This document shows, piece by piece, positions 15,676-20,000 of a stretch of 20,000 nucleotides of DNA. A program made the translations under genes and the position numbers. Position 1 is the first letter of the stretch; the number at the start of each line of letters is the position of its first letter. The stretch comes from an uncultured virus (IMG/VR IMGVR_UViG_3300002038_000007) (taxonomy: Duplodnaviria > Heunggongvirae > Uroviricota > Caudoviricetes), in IMG/VR virus record IMGVR_UViG_3300002038_000007; one strand, 5' to 3'. The notes under the pieces are model-generated. The model was given only the letters and a program-made list of their open reading frames with translations. It was not told the DNA's origin and ran no database searches.

Positions 15676-16182
15676 ATGACCGCCCAATCCAACGCTTCTT
15701 CCCAGCCGGAAAAGCTACAGATTGTCGGAACTGCGTTTCACGAGGGAAAGACAATCGGATACAGCATGTACCTTGGCAAAAAGAAGATCGGCAGCATCAC
15801 CAAGCCGGACGGCGAAAGCAAGTTTATCGCTCGCATTGGATCCGTAACAGGATCACACATCGTCCCGTCAAAAGCCGCCACCATTGCCTGGCAAAAGCTT
15901 TTTGAGCGTCCATCATTTGATGAATATGGCTACCGCAAGCCAATGGCTATCCCAGCGGCCATAATGGCAAGCAACCGCGTGACTTGTCGTAATGCAGAAT
16001 ATGATGCAGACGGCCGTGTAGCCTATGCTGAGGTCTATGTGGGCGATCGAAAGGCCGGTACTGTCAGGCGATATCAAAACCGCTACCTTGCGATGATCGA
16101 GGATGTGGAACGAGCAGCCATCACTCCGGTAACTGCCGCTCAATTGGCATGGATCAATGCTTCAGAAAACAAAAGAGCGTGA
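15676..16182 (+). CDS. Hypothetical protein with two tandem homologous domains
   Basis: YLGKKKIGSI...IVPSKAATIAW vs YVGDRKAGTV...ITPVTAAQLAW. Confidence 0.75.
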   Translation: MTAQSNASSQPEKLQIVGTAFHEGKTIGYSMYLGKKKIGSITKPDGESKFIARIGSVTGSHIVPSKAATIAWQKLFERPSFDEYGYRKPMAIPAAIMASNRVTCRNAEYDADGRVAYAEVYVGDRKAGTVRRYQNRYLAMIEDVERAAITPVTAAQLAWINASENKRA

Positions 16183-16361
16183 TGATGACATTTATATTTT
16201 CACTGTTCTTTCTTTTGATTGCCATGATAAGCCACAAGGCCTCTTCCATGGCATGGGACGAAGGCGATTACTTTAGCTCCGGAGTCTATCTTGTGATTTG
16301 CGCTGTTAATGTGGCTGTCATCATCGGGGCAACATCCATCAAGCCTCTTTGCCACCTTTAA
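16182..16361 (+). CDS. Small two-TM membrane protein
   Basis: Two hydrophobic helices; coupled to the upstream stop (TGATG). Confidence 0.6.
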   Translation: MMTFIFSLFFLLIAMISHKASSMAWDEGDYFSSGVYLVICAVNVAVIIGATSIKPLCHL

Positions 16362-16364
16362 CAA

Positions 16365-16398
16365 TGCACGGCCGTAGGCTACGGTTTGCGGCCGTGCA
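16365..16398 (+). other. Stable intergenic RNA hairpin
   Basis: TGCACGGCCGTAGGC-TACG-GTTTGCGGCCGTGCA; 15-bp stem including G-U pairs; C(UACG)G tetraloop; no U-tract. Confidence 0.65.
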
Positions 16399-16417
16399 AC
16401 AACTTATTCTGTAGGCA

Positions 16418-16726
16418 ATGGAAAACGATACAGGGTTCACCAACCACGCAAAAGACCAAGCAATCAAAAGATTTGGTAGCTGCCAACCACTCATTGCCGC
16501 CAAAGAAGCACTCACTAATGGTGCGGCCCGCATGATCGAAACGAAAGGAGCGCGCTGGGGGACGAATTACCGCTTTCGACACGAGGGTAAGCTGATCGAA
16601 TTTGTGGTCGACAATAACTGCATTATAACCATTTTTCCCGTCGATAATAGAAAGCGAATACGCACAGACAAGCGGAAATTTTATGGTGGATCCAAGCGCA
16701 AAGGGATGCGCCTAAAAAATGTTTGA
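16418..16726 (+). CDS. Hypothetical protein, possibly DUF4258/RelE-like RNase fold
   Basis: FTNHAKDQAIKR N-terminal motif and FVVD..CIITIFP strand pattern; basic tail. Confidence 0.5.
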   Translation: MENDTGFTNHAKDQAIKRFGSCQPLIAAKEALTNGAARMIETKGARWGTNYRFRHEGKLIEFVVDNNCIITIFPVDNRKRIRTDKRKFYGGSKRKGMRLKNV

Positions 16727-16731
16727 TTATC

Positions 16732-16763
16732 TTCTTGACTAAGGCTCTTAGAGCCGTTATACA
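16732..16763 (+). promoter_or_regulatory. Promoter with internal palindromic operator (copy 1, upstream of ardC)
   Basis: TTGACT-17 nt containing GGCTCT-T-AGAGCC-TATACA. Confidence 0.75.
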
Positions 16764-16815
16764 TAATCACATCATCAATTGGCACATCGGTGCCGCCTTG
16801 CATAAGGATTAGATC

Positions 16816-17775
16816 ATGACGAAGACGTCTTCTCGCCCAGCCAAAGATCTTTACAAGACCGTTACCGACTCGGTGATTGCTGACCTTGAGACCGGAACGG
16901 CGCCATGGGCAAAGCCTTGGGTTAAGGTTCACGGCCGCTCTCTTCTTCCTTCCAACGCCAGCACAGGCCGATTTTACACAGGCATTAACATCCTTCTTCT
17001 TTGGGCCGCGGCAAGCGCAAGGGGTTACGAGAGTCACGCATGGCTGACATTCAAACAGGCTAAAGAGCTTGGCGGCGCAGTTCGGAAAGGTGAAAAATCG
17101 GTCGAATGCATCTTTGTTTCTCGCTGGGTGCCCGAAAAAGAAAAATCACGAGCAGAAGAAGCTGGCGAAGATGCCCGCACCTTTTCTCTCCTTAAGTCAT
17201 TCCGCGTTTTCAACATTGCTCAAATTGATGGGCTTCCGGATCGCATTATGACCGCTGATGCAGTCAGCCTTCCGGAGGCTCAAATTATAAAGGAAGGCGA
17301 AGCCTTTTTGAGAGACTCTGGCGCCGTGATCCAAAACGGTGCTGATCGGGCATGTTACTATCATGCAAGCGATCGTATCGAAATGCCTGCGCACAACCAA
17401 TTCAAGAACCAGATCGACTATTACCCAGTGGCCTTGCATGAGCTCACTCATTGGTCGGGACACGGGACTCGCTGCGCTCGCGACCTCAGCGGTATCAAGG
17501 GCGATGATGCCTACGCCAAAGAGGAACTGGTCGCCGAAATGGGCGCCGCGTTCCTTTGTGCTCGCCTTGGTATCCAGCCAACCTTGCGTCATGCTGACTA
17601 CATCGCTTCCTGGCTTAAGGTGCTTAAGGACGACAAAAAAGCTGTTGTCAAAGCAGCAAGCGCCGCCAGCAAGGCAGCTGATTATCTCTGGGAACTGCAT
17701 GACCAAGCCATCCAGGCCGATGATGCGGCCGACGCTCACGACTTGGCCGATGTTCAAATGAACAAAGCCGCTTGA
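16816..17775 (+). CDS. ardC: ArdC antirestriction ssDNA-binding protein with zincin-like metallopeptidase domain
   Basis: PWAKPW, NASTGRFYTGINILLLW, WLTFKQAKELGGAVRKGEK, VFNIAQIDGL, HELTHWSGH and YAKEELVAEMGAAFLC motifs; AAGGA RBS. Confidence 0.93.
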   Translation: MTKTSSRPAKDLYKTVTDSVIADLETGTAPWAKPWVKVHGRSLLPSNASTGRFYTGINILLLWAAASARGYESHAWLTFKQAKELGGAVRKGEKSVECIFVSRWVPEKEKSRAEEAGEDARTFSLLKSFRVFNIAQIDGLPDRIMTADAVSLPEAQIIKEGEAFLRDSGAVIQNGADRACYYHASDRIEMPAHNQFKNQIDYYPVALHELTHWSGHGTRCARDLSGIKGDDAYAKEELVAEMGAAFLCARLGIQPTLRHADYIASWLKVLKDDKKAVVKAASAASKAADYLWELHDQAIQADDAADAHDLADVQMNKAA

Positions 17776-17787
17776 TTGGAGCAAATC

Positions 17788-18021
17788 ATGAGACTCAAAA
17801 AATTCGAACCCAAGGATATCGAGAAAGCCCAGCGAAAGCTGGGCCTATCCCAGGTTAGGTTTGCAAATATCTTAGGTTACACGTCCAGTCGCCGCATTCG
17901 AGAGCTCCGTGATGGCGACAGAACTCTAGGCAACTCCACCACGATCTTGCTGCATTTGTATCTAGGCAATGTGACGATCGGTGAGTTGAAAAAAAGCGGT
18001 ACAAAGATAGTTCTTGACTAA
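17788..18021 (+). CDS. XRE/Cro-like HTH regulator
   Basis: RKLGLSQVRFANILGYTSSRRIRELRDG HTH; GGAG RBS before ATG 17788. Confidence 0.8.
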   Translation: MRLKKFEPKDIEKAQRKLGLSQVRFANILGYTSSRRIRELRDGDRTLGNSTTILLHLYLGNVTIGELKKSGTKIVLD

Positions 18022-18042
18022 GGCTCTAAGAGCCGGTATAAC
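18011..18042 (+). promoter_or_regulatory. Promoter with internal palindromic operator (copy 2)
   Basis: TTGACT-17 nt containing GGCTCT-A-AGAGCC-TATAAC; near-identical to 16732-16763. Confidence 0.75.
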
Positions 18043-18092
18043 GTCATTATCAGATCAACACAGCACCACGGCGCGATGATGGAGATGGGAAG

Positions 18093-18302
18093 ATGGCTAA
18101 GATGGTTTTGCATAGGAAGAGTTTCGAAGAGTTCACGCCAACGCAGATAATTGCTTCTGGAGACGGCCGCTGCATTGAGATGGAGGTAAGCCCAACTAAG
18201 CCAATCGAAACCAATGTTACGTTCTACGTTTATGCCAATGGGCGTCGTCTTCATCGTGGCTTAGATTTCGACAAGGCTATCGAGATTTTCAACGCCTCCT
18301 AA
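18093..18302 (+). CDS. Hypothetical protein
   Basis: GGAG/GGGA RBS; follows the promoter at 18011. Confidence 0.7.
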   Translation: MAKMVLHRKSFEEFTPTQIIASGDGRCIEMEVSPTKPIETNVTFYVYANGRRLHRGLDFDKAIEIFNAS

Positions 18303-18343
18303 CCCCTTCACCACAGGCACAGCGGTGCCGCCAGCGATGGAAA

Positions 18344-18655
18344 ATGAAAATGACCACAGTAACCTTTAAAGGAAAAATCAGAACAAGACATTATGCGGAT
18401 GGCGCATTTGCCTATCAATATATAACAGTCCCTTCGATTAATTCTTCGCATTATGACAAACAGGATTTTTTCGAACACCCTAAGCTAGCCGCTATAGCCA
18501 ATAGCGATCTTATGAAGCCGGCTATCAACAAGATGGTAAAAACAAAGCTTTTCCCAAATTTAATAACGACGAAAGAACTTCGTTTAGATCGGATTCCAGA
18601 TGGCGTGAACGTTGATGCCTCTGGATTTTTGGCCACAGTTACGGTTGATTTGTGA
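18344..18655 (+). CDS. Hypothetical protein
   Basis: ORF in a co-oriented run of small genes; AT-richer than its neighbours. Confidence 0.7.
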   Translation: MKMTTVTFKGKIRTRHYADGAFAYQYITVPSINSSHYDKQDFFEHPKLAAIANSDLMKPAINKMVKTKLFPNLITTKELRLDRIPDGVNVDASGFLATVTVDL

Positions 18656-18861
18656 TGTACCGCATCATTGCTCCGGCCAACCTTCTAGAAGACGCCCATG
18701 TTCACGGCTATTGCGGCGAACCCATTGCCGCCGATCGCGAGCATAGCCAGGCTTATGTCGATATCCGTTCGGACGAAGCTACGGCGGCCATGGTGTTCCT
18801 AAAGAACAAAGCTGCGTTTCGTGGCCAGCCTGAGCCTAAGCTTGAAAGGCACATGTCATGA
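18652..18861 (+). CDS. Hypothetical protein
   Basis: Overlaps both neighbours (GTGA/ATGA). Confidence 0.65.
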   Translation: MMYRIIAPANLLEDAHVHGYCGEPIAADREHSQAYVDIRSDEATAAMVFLKNKAAFRGQPEPKLERHMS

Positions 18862-19256
18862 TTACCATCGGCAGCGATACCCACGACAGCAAAGGTCTCT
18901 ACAACCAAGATCAACTCCACCACCGCCCTTTCGATGATGGCCAGCTTAGGGATTTTGACCGCGACACCGAAGATCGCATTCGATCCACCGTTGAGGCCCA
19001 TGCATGCGCCAGCTACCACGAAGGCTTTGAGGCTGGAGAGAAGGAAGAGCGAGAGCGTTATGATGAAGAGCTCCGGGCTGATCTTGTAGAGATGCTTGGT
19101 GAAATGTCGTGTCAGCTAAGGGACGGTAATCTTTCCGCTGCAATCGACCAAGTTAAGGGATTTGTCGACAACCTTTGTTTTGATACGGCGAAGGAAGTTT
19201 CCGAATTGAGCGCTGCACTTGAAACCCATGAGGCTCTTGCCGAGAAGGTGTCTTAG
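18858..19256 (+). CDS. Acidic hypothetical protein
   Basis: ATGA coupling; Asp/Glu-rich helical sequence. Confidence 0.7.
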   Translation: MITIGSDTHDSKGLYNQDQLHHRPFDDGQLRDFDRDTEDRIRSTVEAHACASYHEGFEAGEKEERERYDEELRADLVEMLGEMSCQLRDGNLSAAIDQVKGFVDNLCFDTAKEVSELSAALETHEALAEKVS

Positions 19257-19258
19257 CC

Positions 19259-19495
19259 GTGACCGATAAAATCAAAGAGACCACCACGCGGCTCAACGAC
19301 GTGATCCTGTTCGCTGGCCAGCCTATGCGGCGATCAACAGTCTATGGCTTGATCAAGGATAGCTCGATCGAGAGCAAGCGCCACTTGGTGACGGATGCAG
19401 TCGCCCTTGAAGGCGTCAAGCCGATCGATGAAGATGCCCTATGGGAGAGCGTCAATGCGCTGATCGCCGAAGGGGCCGCACTCAAAGCAGCTTAA
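19259..19495 (+). CDS. Hypothetical protein
   Basis: GTG start with AAGGTG RBS, 2 nt after the upstream stop. Confidence 0.6.
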   Translation: MTDKIKETTTRLNDVILFAGQPMRRSTVYGLIKDSSIESKRHLVTDAVALEGVKPIDEDALWESVNALIAEGAALKAA

Positions 19496-19616
19496 CCTCC
19501 GGCAACTGGCTGTCTATCTCTCGCGCGAACAGCAGGAGCGATTAGCCGATTGGCTTTATCCTGATTGTGACGACGGTACGCTATCATTAAGAAAGCCGTA
19601 GATCCTCGAATAACGA

Positions 19617-19841
19617 TCAGTCCTTACCCGCTCCCACATTCAAACGATGAATTTCAAGCAACAGCTTCATTGCAACACGGGCCGGCCCAGTCGGCGAAAC
19701 GCGGCTTTTCGATCCATGAGCCTGCTCCCAACGCCACACCGTATTAGCTGACGTCTCTAGCCTTCCCGCAAACTCTACCTGGCTAAGCCCCAACTCATTC
19801 CTGATCGCCGCAACATCAAACGCTTCCGATTTCTTCGGCAT
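19617..19841 (-). CDS. XRE-family HTH repressor (HigA/MqsA-like HTH)
   Basis: AAIRNELGLSQVEFAGRLETSANTVWRWEQ...PTGPAR; AGGAG RBS 8 nt before ATG 19841. Confidence 0.85.
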   Translation of the reverse strand: MPKKSEAFDVAAIRNELGLSQVEFAGRLETSANTVWRWEQAHGSKSRVSPTGPARVAMKLLLEIHRLNVGAGKD

Positions 19842-19877
19842 CGTCACTACTCCTATCTGATCATAACAGGCATCATA

Positions 19878-19962
19878 CGACGTAATGTAGAAAACGGTCG
19901 AGAGAAAAATCTACATTATGCAAAAATAACCATTGACACCCTACATTATGTCGAGTTATAAC
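19878..19962. promoter_or_regulatory. Three related operators and a rightward sigma70 promoter
   Basis: CGACGTAATGTAG(19878-90), CTACATTATGCAA(19911-23), CTACATTATGTCG(19941-53); TTGACA(19933-38)-18 nt-TATAAC(19957-62). Confidence 0.75.
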
Positions 19963-20000
19963 AAGAACACGGTCAACGCGGATATACCGCAGCGACAGCC

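Noticed and set aside
17197..17784. Long antisense ORFs (also 7755-8333, 9951-10490, 12193-12651)
   Set aside because: They lie opposite well-supported genes and lack motifs or an RBS.
1..20000. Prophage or integrative element call
   Set aside because: No integrase, terminase, capsid, tail or att site is recognisable in the window; a phage-plasmid cannot be excluded from this window alone.

Overview
This window looks like the backbone of a mobile element, most likely a plasmid or phage-plasmid; an alphaproteobacterial host is a guess from the XRE gene type. It has four parts. (1) 1.3-2.6 kb: a type II parMR actin partition cassette with a clear terminator and a candidate parC. (2) 2.6-3.45 kb: a divergent XRE gene and an AT-rich, inverted-repeat-rich spacer (candidate oriT/oriV). 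(3) 3450-13272: a tightly coupled 13-gene + strand operon. It encodes a Replic_Relax-type PD-(D/E)xK relaxase and two different coupling-protein-like ATPases (one with intact Walker motifs, one VirD4-like with degenerate motifs). It also encodes several novel membrane proteins, a membrane-anchored HNH nuclease, basic Pro/Lys-rich small proteins and a stand-alone LPD23-like HExxH metallopeptidase. No VirB/Mpf genes are recognisable. (4) 13.4-20 kb: an establishment/accessory region with a pentapeptide-repeat gene, a minimal YadA-anchor protein, ArdC, many small ORFs and three more HTH regulators, each next to promoter-overlapping palindromic operators. No integrase, canonical Rep, virion, rRNA/tRNA or CRISPR features were recognised. 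All family calls come from motif recognition by eye, not database searches.
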